From IMG/VR virus record IMGVR_UViG_3300010396_000044: a DNA stretch of 32,487 nucleotides. One strand, given 5' to 3'. The position numbers were made by a program, and so were the translations under genes. Source of the DNA: an uncultured virus (IMG/VR IMGVR_UViG_3300010396_000044) (lineage: Duplodnaviria; Heunggongvirae; Uroviricota; Caudoviricetes). The notes under the pieces were generated by a model. That model worked only from the letters and a program-made list of their open reading frames with translations. It was not told where the DNA came from and did not search any database. Positions 17,265 to 25,907 of the stretch are shown piece by piece; the stretch's first letter is position 1, and every line of letters begins with the position of its first letter.

Positions 17265-17522
17265 CTACCCATTCCGGTTGAAGATACGGCGCCCGACGCT
17301 TCGGCGGATTCCTTTACCGTCACACGCCTTGTGTAGCCTGAATTTGCGGGTCAACCTGCTCCGGATCTTTCCGCCATCGCACCAGCACGGCTCGTTATCG
17401 TGGGTCGCGTCGTCAATAGCGTAGATCACGATGCCGATTAGCGCGGCGAGCGCGGCCCAGCCGTAGTAGCCGCCCAACGCGATCACCACAACCCCCACCA
17501 AGATCCACCCGCCTAGGCCCAC
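17265..17522 (-). CDS. Small membrane protein with C-terminal Cys/His motif
   Basis: AGGAG RBS before GTG 17522; TM hairpin then CWC.GG...H..CDG.G. Confidence 0.7.
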   Translation of the reverse strand: MGLGGWILVGVVVIALGGYYGWAALAALIGIVIYAIDDATHDNEPCWCDGGKIRSRLTRKFRLHKACDGKGIRRSVGRRIFNRNG

Positions 17523-17533
17523 GGCCGGTCTCC

Positions 17534-17612
17534 TGTCGCATCGTTTGTCGCACGCTGTGTCGCGTGTCGTGTCGCAGGTTTGTCGCATGTCGCACCAGGT
17601 CTGGGTGTCGCA
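17534..17612. repeat. Cluster of TGTCGCA direct repeats
   Basis: Exact copies at 17534, 17546, 17570, 17581, 17588, 17606; variants at 17558, 17565. Confidence 0.85.
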
Positions 17613-17655
17613 CAGGTTGCCGTGCAACACCGGCCCGAGTTGGGCGCATGTGGGG

Positions 17656-17862
17656 TCATGAGTGGTGCCTCGATGGGGGGCCTAGTTCCTCGGTTAGGGC
17701 TGCAACGATGGCGTCCCTGTGGATGGTCCATTCAACGGTGCCATCGGGGCGTGTGTGGACTATCCGGTTGGCGTCACCCATGACGTCAAGGACGTCTTCA
17801 AGGAACTGTCGGCGGGTAACTCCAGGAGGCTTGCGAAGTTCTGCCATAGCCGTTGGACTCAC
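17656..17862 (-). CDS. Hypothetical protein
   Basis: ORF between the two repeat clusters. Confidence 0.55.
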   Translation of the reverse strand: MSPTAMAELRKPPGVTRRQFLEDVLDVMGDANRIVHTRPDGTVEWTIHRDAIVAALTEELGPPSRHHS

Positions 17863-17917
17863 TTTCGGTAGCCTGTCAATACGCTGTGTTAGCGATCTTC
17901 GATCGGTCGTGATCGTT

Positions 17918-18084
17918 CAGGGAGGCGCGGGGACAGTCAGGGAGTTCTCCCTGACGCCTCCCTGACCCTGCCTCCCTGCCCTGACCTGCGGCGATGCCGC
18001 ATCAGGGAGGCAGGGAGGCACCCTGCGGAACGCTCTGAAACCCCCCGAAAAACAGCCTCTCCGGGGGGTCCCCCAGCCTCCCTG
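17918..18084. repeat. clt-like locus: 8-bp CAGGGAGG/CCTCCCTG repeats downstream of traB
   Basis: Exact copies at 17918, 18003, 18011 (+) and 17957, 17971, 18077 (-); near copies at 17938, 17946. Confidence 0.75.
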
Positions 18085-18089
18085 ATCGA

Positions 18090-20321
18090 TCATGCTCCCG
18101 GGTACTCCTCGTCCACGCCGTCCTCCTGACGGTCACGCTTAGCGAGCGCCTCCGTCACGTCATCGGCGAACACAGTCATCAACCCATCGGACTTCCGCAC
18201 CGGCACCTTGGCTTCGTCCAAGACCTTCTTCAACTCACCGAACCCCCACGTCTCGTACTCCCGCGGGTCCAGCTCCGACAGCCGCTTGAGGACCACATGC
18301 GTCCGCGCCCGCTTCACCCCATCCAGCACCTTCGCGATGTTCGCCAGATGGTCCGGTGCCTCAATCGGCTCCTCCTCAACGTCGCCCACAGTGCGACCCG
18401 CGCGATGCAACAGATCCATCGCCCGAGCGATCACCCCGTAGGCCTGTTTCGTTGCGACATAGTGGCTACGGACGATGGTGAACGCCTGCCCCTTGGGGAT
18501 GTCCTCAACAGCGCCCGTCGCGACCACAGTGCCCGCATCGTCGTTGAGCCGAAGATCCTGTGGCCGTGCCCCACGGTCCGCCGCATCCGCCAAAATCATT
18601 TTCGCGGCCTCGTAATTCGGCACATTCAAAGCGCACCGAACATGCGCTCCCTCACGAACCCGAGCCGGCAACGTCCGGTCATCCGGCCGCTGCGTCGCCT
18701 GAATCAAATGAACATTCACCGCGCGGGCCTGATCGTGCAAGTTCTTCGCCGCACGCCACGCACGAGCATCATCCTTCGTGCCACCGATCGGATGCGGCGC
18801 CGCGTAAAGCACCTGGCACTCATCCACGACCAGGTAGATTGGGTGAAAACCCGATCCCTTGCGGCGTGACACTTCCCGCGGGATGGGGCCGACGATCCCT
18901 TGCTTCTGCTTCTTCTCGTACCTGCGGGCGACCTCGGCGACACCCCACTCCAACATCTCACACGTGGCTTCCGCTTTCTCATTTGAGCTGCCCTCAATGA
19001 GAGTGACCGCGCGAGGCGCGAACATCGACCAGTCCCCGTCACCCTTCAAGTCCGCGATGTGCAACTCGACGGTGACGTCCAGTGACAGGCCGAGCGCGAG
19101 GATCCTCACTGTGGCCGTTTTACCTTGATTTGAGGTGGCACCGAACAGCCAATGTTTCTGCAACATGCCGACCGCGATCTGCTCGGACCGCATGGTGACA
19201 CCCCACGGCAGCCTGTCCCGGAACACATCAAACGAGCCCTCGGTAAGCAGCGGCCACGGGGGCGCCGGCTTATCCATCGTGCCCTTATCGGCGATCCACA
19301 GATCCAGCACGCGTGCGTCGGTGTCTTTCTGCCGCTGCGGCCATGTTTCGTGGCGGTGCCGCCCGAGGTTCCCAGCTAGCAACTCAACTTTGGGGCCAGT
19401 AAGGAACTCCGCCGCGGCCACACCCATGGGCAGCCGGATCTGAGTGTAGGTGCCGCCACCTTGCTCGCGAGGGCTGACCACAAACTCCAGCCGACCACCA
19501 CCATCAAGGTACTTCCGCAGCGCAGAGATTTTCATGTGCCGCAACGCTTCGGTCAGCAGATCAGGAGTGATCTCCGACATCTGCTCGGCGAGCTCATCAT
19601 CAGACACCATCCAGCGTGGTGGATTCCCGGCTCGACGACCCTCCCGCCACGCCGCGATACCCACCGCTGGGATTGCCAATACCGCAACAATGCGGATAGT
19701 GATACTGACGGCGGTGAAGGTGCCGTCAGTGATGCCGCCGATGTCGGCCCAGTAGCCATCCCAGCCTGTGACACCCGAGTGGAATATGGACCACACCCCA
19801 CCAACGATCAACAGGGCGGCGAGTACACAGCCCACCATGAACGCCGCATGAAACGCGGATAGTACCGTTGCGGGGAGGTTTTGCAGCCGCTTGTGGCGGT
19901 GGTTTTTGAGGTCGTTAAGTCGCTCGGACCACTCAGCCAGCGCAACAGCGTCACCAATTAATCGGGCTAGCCGGACCTGTTCTCGTGTAGCGCCGTGCGT
20001 CAGAGCGGACATGGCGCGGTTCCACCAGCTGACGAGCCCGTGGCCAGTAATCCAGAGGGTGCGCGCGGCTACTCGTACTGGCTTCGGCACTCGTCCCGTG
20101 GCCTGGGTGATCTGCTCGCGGTCTGTGCGGGTAGCGGCAACGGTGATCCGCCGACGAAGCCCGCGCAGGAACGTGTTCTCCTGATCGGTGATCAGTTCCC
20201 CGTCGATGGGCCGATCGGCTAACTCGGTGGCGGCGGCCGACGCTGGGGTTACAGACATAGCGGGATGAGCCGGGAACGGAATCAACCGGCCCGACTCATC
20301 CCCGCTTGGTTCGATCGTCAT
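18090..20321 (-). CDS. traB: TraB-like FtsK/SpoIIIE conjugative DNA translocase
   Basis: N-terminal TMs; Walker A GATSNQGKT; DLKG; Walker B YLVVDE; ATQRP; C-terminal wHTH-like region. Confidence 0.88.
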   Translation of the reverse strand: MTIEPSGDESGRLIPFPAHPAMSVTPASAAATELADRPIDGELITDQENTFLRGLRRRITVAATRTDREQITQATGRVPKPVRVAARTLWITGHGLVSWWNRAMSALTHGATREQVRLARLIGDAVALAEWSERLNDLKNHRHKRLQNLPATVLSAFHAAFMVGCVLAALLIVGGVWSIFHSGVTGWDGYWADIGGITDGTFTAVSITIRIVAVLAIPAVGIAAWREGRRAGNPPRWMVSDDELAEQMSEITPDLLTEALRHMKISALRKYLDGGGRLEFVVSPREQGGGTYTQIRLPMGVAAAEFLTGPKVELLAGNLGRHRHETWPQRQKDTDARVLDLWIADKGTMDKPAPPWPLLTEGSFDVFRDRLPWGVTMRSEQIAVGMLQKHWLFGATSNQGKTATVRILALGLSLDVTVELHIADLKGDGDWSMFAPRAVTLIEGSSNEKAEATCEMLEWGVAEVARRYEKKQKQGIVGPIPREVSRRKGSGFHPIYLVVDECQVLYAAPHPIGGTKDDARAWRAAKNLHDQARAVNVHLIQATQRPDDRTLPARVREGAHVRCALNVPNYEAAKMILADAADRGARPQDLRLNDDAGTVVATGAVEDIPKGQAFTIVRSHYVATKQAYGVIARAMDLLHRAGRTVGDVEEEPIEAPDHLANIAKVLDGVKRARTHVVLKRLSELDPREYETWGFGELKKVLDEAKVPVRKSDGLMTVFADDVTEALAKRDRQEDGVDEEYPGA

Positions 20322-20626
20322 GGGCGACCGTCCCGTGTCAGGGTTGCCACGTCCCCGCCAGCACCCGCGTACAACCGCCTGATCTGGTCGAATGTCTCCT
20401 CGTGCTCATGCTCTAATTTGACGCCGATCCAGCTTGTCATCAGTCCCGCCAGCGCGGCGACGGTCGTGACGAACACGGCGAGAGATGTCGGCAAGAAATG
20501 GATCGACAGCGGCACGTCTACAAGGACGCTCAGAAACCCTAACCCTTGCCACATTCCGGCGCGTTCGTGCTGTTTGCGGGTCTCGTTCCAATAGTCTTCG
20601 AGGTTTTCGATTTCAGTCTTATTCAC
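20318..20626 (-). CDS. Small two-TM membrane protein (Spd-like)
   Basis: Hydrophobic hairpin; coupled to traB. Confidence 0.7.
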   Translation of the reverse strand: MNKTEIENLEDYWNETRKQHERAGMWQGLGFLSVLVDVPLSIHFLPTSLAVFVTTVAALAGLMTSWIGVKLEHEHEETFDQIRRLYAGAGGDVATLTRDGRP

Positions 20627-20927
20627 AGATTTCTCCTTCGATCGCTTGGATTGGGTAGCTGTTGGTGGCTGGCGGCTGCGGCCAGATCGGCTGGCCGGGT
20701 GGTAGGTGTAGGTGGATCACCGGAGCGACCTGCTCTGGTGTGGGGTTGATGCGGTGGGCGTCGACGTGCGGCAGTGTGGCCATGCGCTCGTCCAGTGACC
20801 GGTTCGCTAACGCCCGTAGTCGGCTCTCGGCGTATTTACGGTTTTCGTGGCCGCGGGCGATCCAGCCGATGGCGAACCACCCCATCGCGAGCAGGATCGC
20901 GCCGATGGCGAGTAGCCCGGTCAGCAT
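20619..20927 (-). CDS. Membrane-anchored protein
   Basis: GAGGAGG RBS; N-terminal TM. Confidence 0.7.
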   Translation of the reverse strand: MLTGLLAIGAILLAMGWFAIGWIARGHENRKYAESRLRALANRSLDERMATLPHVDAHRINPTPEQVAPVIHLHLPPGQPIWPQPPATNSYPIQAIEGEICE

Positions 20928-21886
20928 GGCGCCTCCTCATTGACGAATTTGGCGAGTTCGGCGTCGATCTCGTCCTCAACCTGCTTGATGAGTCGGGCTT
21001 CGTTGCCGCGGCGGATGCCGGCGAATTCGACGACCTGGGCGGTGGTGACCGCTTGGCCGTCGGCGCGTTGGGCGCGGATCCAGCCGCGGATCTCCTCCGC
21101 CGACTTCGGCTGCGTTTTCCGAGCTGGCTTGGGCCGTTGCGCTGGCGCCGGTTTCCGTTCAGCGACCACCTGGGCGGCGACCTTGACGGCTTCTTGGGCG
21201 GCTTGTTCGGCGGCTTGCCGCTGTTGCCGTTCGAGGCGCAGCGCCTCGAGTTCCCTCAGCGCCTGCTGCTCGGCCCGCTTCTCGAGCTCGGCTTGGCGGC
21301 GTAGTTCGGTCGCGCGGTTGAGGTAGTCGCTGGCGTCGACGAGGACACCTTTGGCGCGGTCGATCTCTTTACGCTCGCGCTCGCGTTGTTGCGCGTCCAA
21401 CTCGGCCCGCCGCTTGGCGTCCTGGGCGTCGCGCTCGGCCTTTTCGGCCGCTTCCCGCTCTCGACGAGCCCGCAGCACCCGCAACTGATTAGCCGAACCG
21501 GCCTCCGTCAACACCACCATCAGCAAGGGTGGGAATGCGTGGAGCAACGCCAGCGCCCATTTCTGCTCCACCACGTCCGCGCCAGCGTTCAGCGCGAGTG
21601 TCATCAGCCCGGTTAGCCACATCAGGGCGGTGCCCCACGTGCTGTTGGGGATTCCGAGGGCTCGTAGGCGTTGGTTGACGACTAGTGCGGAGGCGAGGGC
21701 GAGGTCCACGCCGAGCGCGATGACGGCTCCGATGACGGGGTGTTCGCCGAGTTGCCCGAAGGTTGACCAGGCGGACATGGCGGATCCGACCATGACAACA
21801 GCGGCGACGCCCCATTGGGCGATGGTGATGACTTGCCCGACCCGGTTCACGTCATCGGCTGCCGACTTGGCGACGGGTGCGGTCAT
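20921..21886 (-). CDS. SpdB2/DUF2637-like spread protein (4 TM, coiled coil, C-terminal HTH-like region)
   Basis: GVD...TLALN...HAFPP.L...EA membrane domain followed by an E/R/A coiled coil. Confidence 0.75.
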   Translation of the reverse strand: MTAPVAKSAADDVNRVGQVITIAQWGVAAVVMVGSAMSAWSTFGQLGEHPVIGAVIALGVDLALASALVVNQRLRALGIPNSTWGTALMWLTGLMTLALNAGADVVEQKWALALLHAFPPLLMVVLTEAGSANQLRVLRARREREAAEKAERDAQDAKRRAELDAQQRERERKEIDRAKGVLVDASDYLNRATELRRQAELEKRAEQQALRELEALRLERQQRQAAEQAAQEAVKVAAQVVAERKPAPAQRPKPARKTQPKSAEEIRGWIRAQRADGQAVTTAQVVEFAGIRRGNEARLIKQVEDEIDAELAKFVNEEAPC

Positions 21887-22344
21887 CGGCGCCCGCTCAG
21901 GATCCCCCGGGCGGTATCGCCGTCGACCCATCCCGTGTCCAGGAGGGCGTCAGCGAGGCGATCCATCCGTCTGCTGTAACCGTTCAACAGGCGCTCGGTC
22001 CTGCGGATCCACCGGCTCAGAGGGTCACCGTTGAGCAGAGCCCAGACCCGGTCCCCGTCCAAGCCTCGGTCACCGTTGCGGCTGGTTTGCTGATGGAGGA
22101 TGTCCTCAACGCTGTCCCGGCAAGCCCAGGACTCCGCGAGGGGGCCTGAGATGGCCGCGAGCAGGAAGTCCTCTCGACCGCGCAGTTCACCGACGAACAT
22201 TTTCCAGCCCCAGCTGTTGCTGACGCGGGTCAGTCCGCTGCCGTGTGCGCCGATCTCCACAGGGCCGTTGGGGGCGCTCAGGTTCATCACGGCCACGGCG
22301 TGGCCGGCTTCGTGGACAGCGGCCAGTTCTCTCTGCGAGGGCAT
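21883..22344 (-). CDS. Standalone M41/FtsH-like zinc metallopeptidase domain
   Basis: AVHEAGHAV, ISGPLAE, D...LADALL. Confidence 0.75.
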   Translation of the reverse strand: MPSQRELAAVHEAGHAVAVMNLSAPNGPVEIGAHGSGLTRVSNSWGWKMFVGELRGREDFLLAAISGPLAESWACRDSVEDILHQQTSRNGDRGLDGDRVWALLNGDPLSRWIRRTERLLNGYSRRMDRLADALLDTGWVDGDTARGILSGRR

Positions 22345-22514
22345 CAGAGCCGCCATTCCACGAAGCACCGCTGGCAGGTGCGCCAGCCCTTGAGCGAGTC
22401 GGGAGGCTGCGGGAGCGCGAGATCCGCGCAGCATGGCGGGCAGTGATTGGTCGCCTTGGCTGCTGCCGTGAACTCCTCCAGCGCATGCATGAGGCCGGGC
22501 TGCTTTTTGGGCAT
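22344..22514 (-). CDS. Small Zn-ribbon protein
   Basis: GGAGG RBS; CPPCC...CQRC. Confidence 0.6.
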   Translation of the reverse strand: MPKKQPGLMHALEEFTAAAKATNHCPPCCADLALPQPPDSLKGWRTCQRCFVEWRL

Positions 22515-22536
22515 CACGCCCCTCCAATCTGTTCGC

Positions 22537-22704
22537 TCATTCGCCGTCCCCGTGCGGGAAATGCTCGATCGGCACGAAGCCGCGACATAGCCCGCAGTAG
22601 TACTCACCGGGCCCGGGTTCGCCTCGGTGCTTGCCGGCGACGTTGTGCACGTTCGGCATTAATGGCCGGTCACGCACAGGGCGCGCATCTTCCGGCTTGC
22701 TCAT
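22537..22704 (-). CDS. Small protein, 55 aa (absent from track)
   Basis: GGAGGTGA RBS; YYCGLC...H..H. Confidence 0.6.
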   Translation of the reverse strand: MSKPEDARPVRDRPLMPNVHNVAGKHRGEPGPGEYYCGLCRGFVPIEHFPHGDGE

Positions 22705-22711
22705 TTCCGGC

Positions 22712-22960
22712 TCACCTCCACCTGCGCCGCATTTTCGTGTCCTGCCGTGCCGGGTCCTCGTCGTCCACGGCGTAGAAGTGGATTTCGGTGCGCCGGTCAG
22801 TAAACGTTCCGTCCCCTGTGTCGTACCCGTCTCCGCCGTTGGCGGGGTTGTTGGGACAGCGTGACATTTTCGCCCGGATCTGGTGCGCTTCGCGCCAGTC
22901 GGCGTCCCAATTCAGGTCGTATTGCTCGTTCCAGCGGTCAGCGCCGGTCTTCCTGTTCAT
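22712..22960 (-). CDS. Hypothetical protein
   Basis: TAATG overlap; AAGGA RBS. Confidence 0.55.
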   Translation of the reverse strand: MNRKTGADRWNEQYDLNWDADWREAHQIRAKMSRCPNNPANGGDGYDTGDGTFTDRRTEIHFYAVDDEDPARQDTKMRRRWR

Positions 22961-23145
22961 TAGTTGTTGTCCTTGTCGGCGAGGAGCGCGTGGCGGGCTT
23001 GGACTTCGGCTAGCGGCGCGTGGAGCAGCGCAGCGGTTTGTTCCAACGAAAGCCACGCGGGCAGATCGCCGTCCCAAACCCACGCGTCGTCCACCCACAG
23101 ATCATCGAGGTCGATGCCGTCGAGGTTGATTGTTGCCGTGCTCAA
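22960..23145 (-). CDS. Hypothetical protein
   Basis: TTG start with AGGGG upstream. Confidence 0.5.
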   Translation of the reverse strand: MSTATINLDGIDLDDLWVDDAWVWDGDLPAWLSLEQTAALLHAPLAEVQARHALLADKDNN

Positions 23146-23173
23146 TGTTTTTCCCCTACTCGTTAGCTTGTAA

Positions 23174-23374
23174 CTAGGAATTTGACTGGTTTAAGACGTC
23201 ATGCAAAAGTGCCGTAGGGATAGTCTCTGAATTTATGACGGCGTTTAGTTCCGTTTGGGTCATCCCTGGAATGTTGCTGGGGTCAGCCGCGAGTTCGGCC
23301 CTTCGGTGACGCTGTTTCATGTCGGCCAGCAACCTGCTAGTCCGTTCTTGCTGTTCCCTTTTCCGCAATCCCAT
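23174..23374 (-). CDS. Hypothetical protein (lower GC)
   Basis: AGGGAG RBS before ATG 23374. Confidence 0.55.
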   Translation of the reverse strand: MGLRKREQQERTSRLLADMKQRHRRAELAADPSNIPGMTQTELNAVINSETIPTALLHDVLNQSNS

Positions 23375-23407
23375 AGTGGGGCTCCCTACTCGTTTGTTGG
23401 TTTGGGT

Positions 23408-23446
23408 CCGCTGGCCGGGCGCTGGTGGTATCGACCCGGCCAGCGG
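23408..23446. terminator. Intergenic hairpin with 12-bp stem
   Basis: CCGCTGGCCGGG ... CCCGGCCAGCGG. Confidence 0.55.
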
Positions 23447-23459
23447 GGAATCTCTCTGG

Positions 23460-23666
23460 TTACGCGTAGTGCCACGCGTGGTTGATCCGCTTGTATCCCT
23501 TACCTGGATCCATCTCGTCAGCCAAGTGCGTGCACCCACATCCGGGGGTGATACAGACGTAGGCCTCTTCTGCCGTGTTAATGTCTGTGCCGTCCTTGAG
23601 TACATGCCACGCGACGCACCCGCAGTCCCGACACTTGTCTGGGGTTCCTTTAAACGCCTTACCCAT
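23460..23666 (-). CDS. Small Cys/His-rich protein
   Basis: GAAGGTG RBS; CRDCGC..H...C..GCGC. Confidence 0.65.
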   Translation of the reverse strand: MGKAFKGTPDKCRDCGCVAWHVLKDGTDINTAEEAYVCITPGCGCTHLADEMDPGKGYKRINHAWHYA

Positions 23667-23719
23667 GGTTCACCTTCCCTGTTCGTGGCGTGAGTGCGCC
23701 GATCCCGTCACCGGCAGCG

Positions 23720-23863
23720 TCAGGCGGGCTGGTCACCGCGGTCCGTTTTCTTGTCGAAGAATCCACGGCGTTCAAGATCGCGCTGGATAGCTTCGCCGTG
23801 CGCGCGCCTAATTTCCCGCGATTCGCGTCTTGACGCGTCGGAGTGAATGTTCTCCGTCTGCAT
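23720..23863 (-). CDS. Small hypothetical protein
   Basis: GAAAGG RBS. Confidence 0.55.
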   Translation of the reverse strand: MQTENIHSDASRRESREIRRAHGEAIQRDLERRGFFDKKTDRGDQPA

Positions 23864-23880
23864 TGCGTGCCTTTCTGTCG

Positions 23881-24057
23881 TTAGCTGTTGCAGGGTTCTG
23901 TGAGGCCAGCGGTGCACTTCGGGTTGCCGCAGGCCGGGCAGGGGACCGCGTACCCATGCCGGTCGATCCAGCCGGTGTAGCCCGACTCCCGCAGATCGAA
24001 AAACCTGCGGTCCTCATCGGTTTCAGGCTGGTCGTCGAAGCGTCGAGACTTAGCCAC
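23881..24057 (-). CDS. Small hypothetical protein
   Basis: RFFDLRESGYTGWID motif; CPAC; GGAG RBS. Confidence 0.6.
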   Translation of the reverse strand: MAKSRRFDDQPETDEDRRFFDLRESGYTGWIDRHGYAVPCPACGNPKCTAGLTEPCNS

Positions 24058-24058
24058 G

Positions 24059-24271
24059 TCAGTTCTCCGTTTTGCAGCGCTCGATGAGTCGGCGTTGCAC
24101 ACTGGGGCGGCGTGCTGCTTTTTCCGCCAGCCGCCGTAACTCGGGCGGCAGCAGCCCCGCGTCATTACGGATCGCGTGCACTATCGCCGCCAGCAGCTCG
24201 CCCTGTTCACGGAGCTCTTCCAGCGCGGACGAGTGAGTGAGCAGGTCCGGGCAATCCACAATCGCTGCCAT
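24059..24271 (-). CDS. Hypothetical protein
   Basis: Fills the gap in the minus-strand array. Confidence 0.5.
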   Translation of the reverse strand: MAAIVDCPDLLTHSSALEELREQGELLAAIVHAIRNDAGLLPPELRRLAEKAARRPSVQRRLIERCKTEN

Positions 24272-24277
24272 TCGTGG

Positions 24278-24445
24278 TCAGCGTCCGGCGTCGTAGCCAG
24301 CGGCCCACGCCGGATGATTACGGTAAAGATCCGCCGCTGTCTTGCACGGCTTGTGACCCTCGCAGAACTCGGCGCTAGCACTGACGTTGCCATGCGCGTC
24401 CATCGTCATGTGACACGTTCCCTTGTCGGTGGTGAATAACCCCAT
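24278..24445 (-). CDS. Small protein, 55 aa (absent from track)
   Basis: MGLFTTDKGTC...; GAAAGAAG upstream. Confidence 0.55.
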   Translation of the reverse strand: MGLFTTDKGTCHMTMDAHGNVSASAEFCEGHKPCKTAADLYRNHPAWAAGYDAGR

Positions 24446-24467
24446 CGTTTGCTTCTTTCTTGCCGTA

Positions 24468-24493
24468 CCGCGCCGCTGGTTAGTGCGGCGCGG
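24468..24493. repeat. Intergenic hairpin with 9-bp stem
   Basis: CCGCGCCGC-N8-GCGGCGCGG. Confidence 0.5.
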
Positions 24494-24564
24494 AGTTGTT
24501 TGGGATGTTTACTGTGCTGGTTGTCGGGTTCGTTGCTGCGGGTGTTGCTGTTTCGTGCGGCCTC

Positions 24565-24732
24565 CTACCGCCCGGGGTCGCCGGGGCGCCACGACGAATA
24601 CACCGTCACACGACGCCCATTCACCACACCCCCGTACATGTTCAACGGGCGACCGTCACGAGCGGAAACCGGCCGATCACCGTCAGCGTGCGTATCGTCT
24701 GACTCGCCTAACAAAAACTCTCGCAGTTTCAT
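24565..24732 (-). CDS. Small hypothetical protein
   Basis: AGGAGG RBS. Confidence 0.6.
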   Translation of the reverse strand: MKLREFLLGESDDTHADGDRPVSARDGRPLNMYGGVVNGRRVTVYSSWRPGDPGR

Positions 24733-24771
24733 GGTTCCTCCTAGGAATCCTTGCAATGAGGCATGCCGCGC

Positions 24772-24963
24772 CTACCGCCGGGATACGATCATGTACGGGC
24801 GGCCGCTGTCCTGACTGCCGAAGTGCACGTTGCAGCTGCCGCATACCGGTGCGCCGTCAACCCGTTGGATCGCTGGATTCCCGCAGGTGTTGTAGTTGGT
24901 GCACTGTTCACCGGTCGGGCTTCCGAGCGAACGCTCCTCGGCGGGGGAATTGTTTCCGAACAT
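24772..24963 (-). CDS. Small Zn-finger-like protein
   Basis: C....CG.PA...VCGSC; GAAAGAAG upstream. Confidence 0.6.
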   Translation of the reverse strand: MFGNNSPAEERSLGSPTGEQCTNYNTCGNPAIQRVDGAPVCGSCNVHFGSQDSGRPYMIVSRR

Positions 24964-25000
24964 TTGTTGTTTCTTCTTTCTTGTTGTACCGGGCGGTTGT

Positions 25001-25126
25001 TTAGTTGGTTACGGTGACCGTAGTCGGGGTCGTCATCGCGGGTGGCGGGGTTTGGTGCGGGAGCAGATGCAAAACACCCACCCCCGCAACCAACAACACA
25101 ACACTCACCACCAACTGCCGGATCAC
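25001..25126 (-). CDS. Small single-TM peptide, 41 aa
   Basis: GTGA coupling; hydrophobic N-terminus. Confidence 0.45.
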   Translation of the reverse strand: MIRQLVVSVVLLVAGVGVLHLLPHQTPPPAMTTPTTVTVTN

Positions 25127-25263
25127 GACACCCACGGCGGCAGACTCGACGCCTGCCGCCGTGGGTTAAACCGCGGATCCCACACACCCCGCCGCTTCAG
25201 CTCCCTCTCCTCCTGGCGGCGGGTTCTCTCTTCCTGCTGGTAGTCCTTGTACTGGTCGAACAT
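25123..25263 (-). CDS. Small protein, 46 aa
   Basis: TGATG coupling. Confidence 0.5.
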   Translation of the reverse strand: MFDQYKDYQQEERTRRQEERELKRRGVWDPRFNPRRQASSLPPWVS

Positions 25264-25424
25264 CACCCCACCAACCGTTCCCACAAGGTGGGTGGCCGCG
25301 CCTCATCGTGCTTGCATTGCATTTCAACCCACTCGGTGGCGTCGAAATCACGGTGACCGTTCGCGCACTGGTACTCGTAGGAGTTCATCTTGGCGCGGGT
25401 CCACCCCTTGTGATCCTTGGGCAT
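25263..25424 (-). CDS. Small protein, 53 aa
   Basis: GAAAGAAGG RBS; CANGH...C. Confidence 0.55.
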   Translation of the reverse strand: MPKDHKGWTRAKMNSYEYQCANGHRDFDATEWVEMQCKHDEARPPTLWERLVG

Positions 25425-25540
25425 GATTGGTTACCTTCTTTCGGTTTTGGTTTGGTTACGGTTAGTTTGGGTTCGCTGGGCGCGGCGGTAGTCATCGACT
25501 GCGGACGGGTCACCGACCATGCGGTCTAACAGGGCGCTGG

Positions 25541-25693
25541 TCACCGGTCGACCCCGTTCCACCGGGACGGCTCCTCGTAGCGGCGGCCGGTGTTGAGGGC
25601 CTTCTCCCAATTCGCCCGCCGGTCAGCGGACTGCTTCGGCTCCCACGCCCGGTACGGCTCTTTCCCAGGATTAACATCACTGCGCGTACTCAT
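25541..25693 (-). CDS. Small protein, 50 aa
   Basis: AGGA RBS. Confidence 0.5.
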   Translation of the reverse strand: MSTRSDVNPGKEPYRAWEPKQSADRRANWEKALNTGRRYEEPSRWNGVDR

Positions 25694-25727
25694 TGGGTTT
25701 GTTCCTGTTCTCAAGTCAGGGTTGGGT

Positions 25728-25907
25728 TTATTCGCTGGTCTGGTAGTGCGCCAGGAACTCGGTCACGGTCGCCACATCCGACTCGGACGGATCGGGGAGA
25801 CACAACATGGCGAGCTGGACACCAGAAATTGTTTCCAAGTCAGCGGGGTCAACGTGGCGTTCCACAACGTGACCGGTTTCGGTGTCGGTGAGGGTGACGC
25901 GCATCAT
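25728..25907 (-). CDS. Small protein, 59 aa
   Basis: GGAGG RBS; ATGA coupling. Confidence 0.55.
   Translation of the reverse strand: MMRVTLTDTETGHVVERHVDPADLETISGVQLAMLCLPDPSESDVATVTEFLAHYQTSE

Noticed and set aside
17523..17630. CD-repeat N-terminal extension of the 17265-17630 ORF as a metal-binding domain
   Set aside because: Better explained by TGCGACA DNA repeats; a good RBS supports the start at 17522
17534..18084. Repeat clusters as a CRISPR array
   Set aside because: Units are 7-8 bp with irregular spacing, there are no spacer-sized unique segments and no cas genes
18208..20222. Multiple plus-strand ORFs within traB
   Set aside because: Antisense shadows with no RBS or motif support
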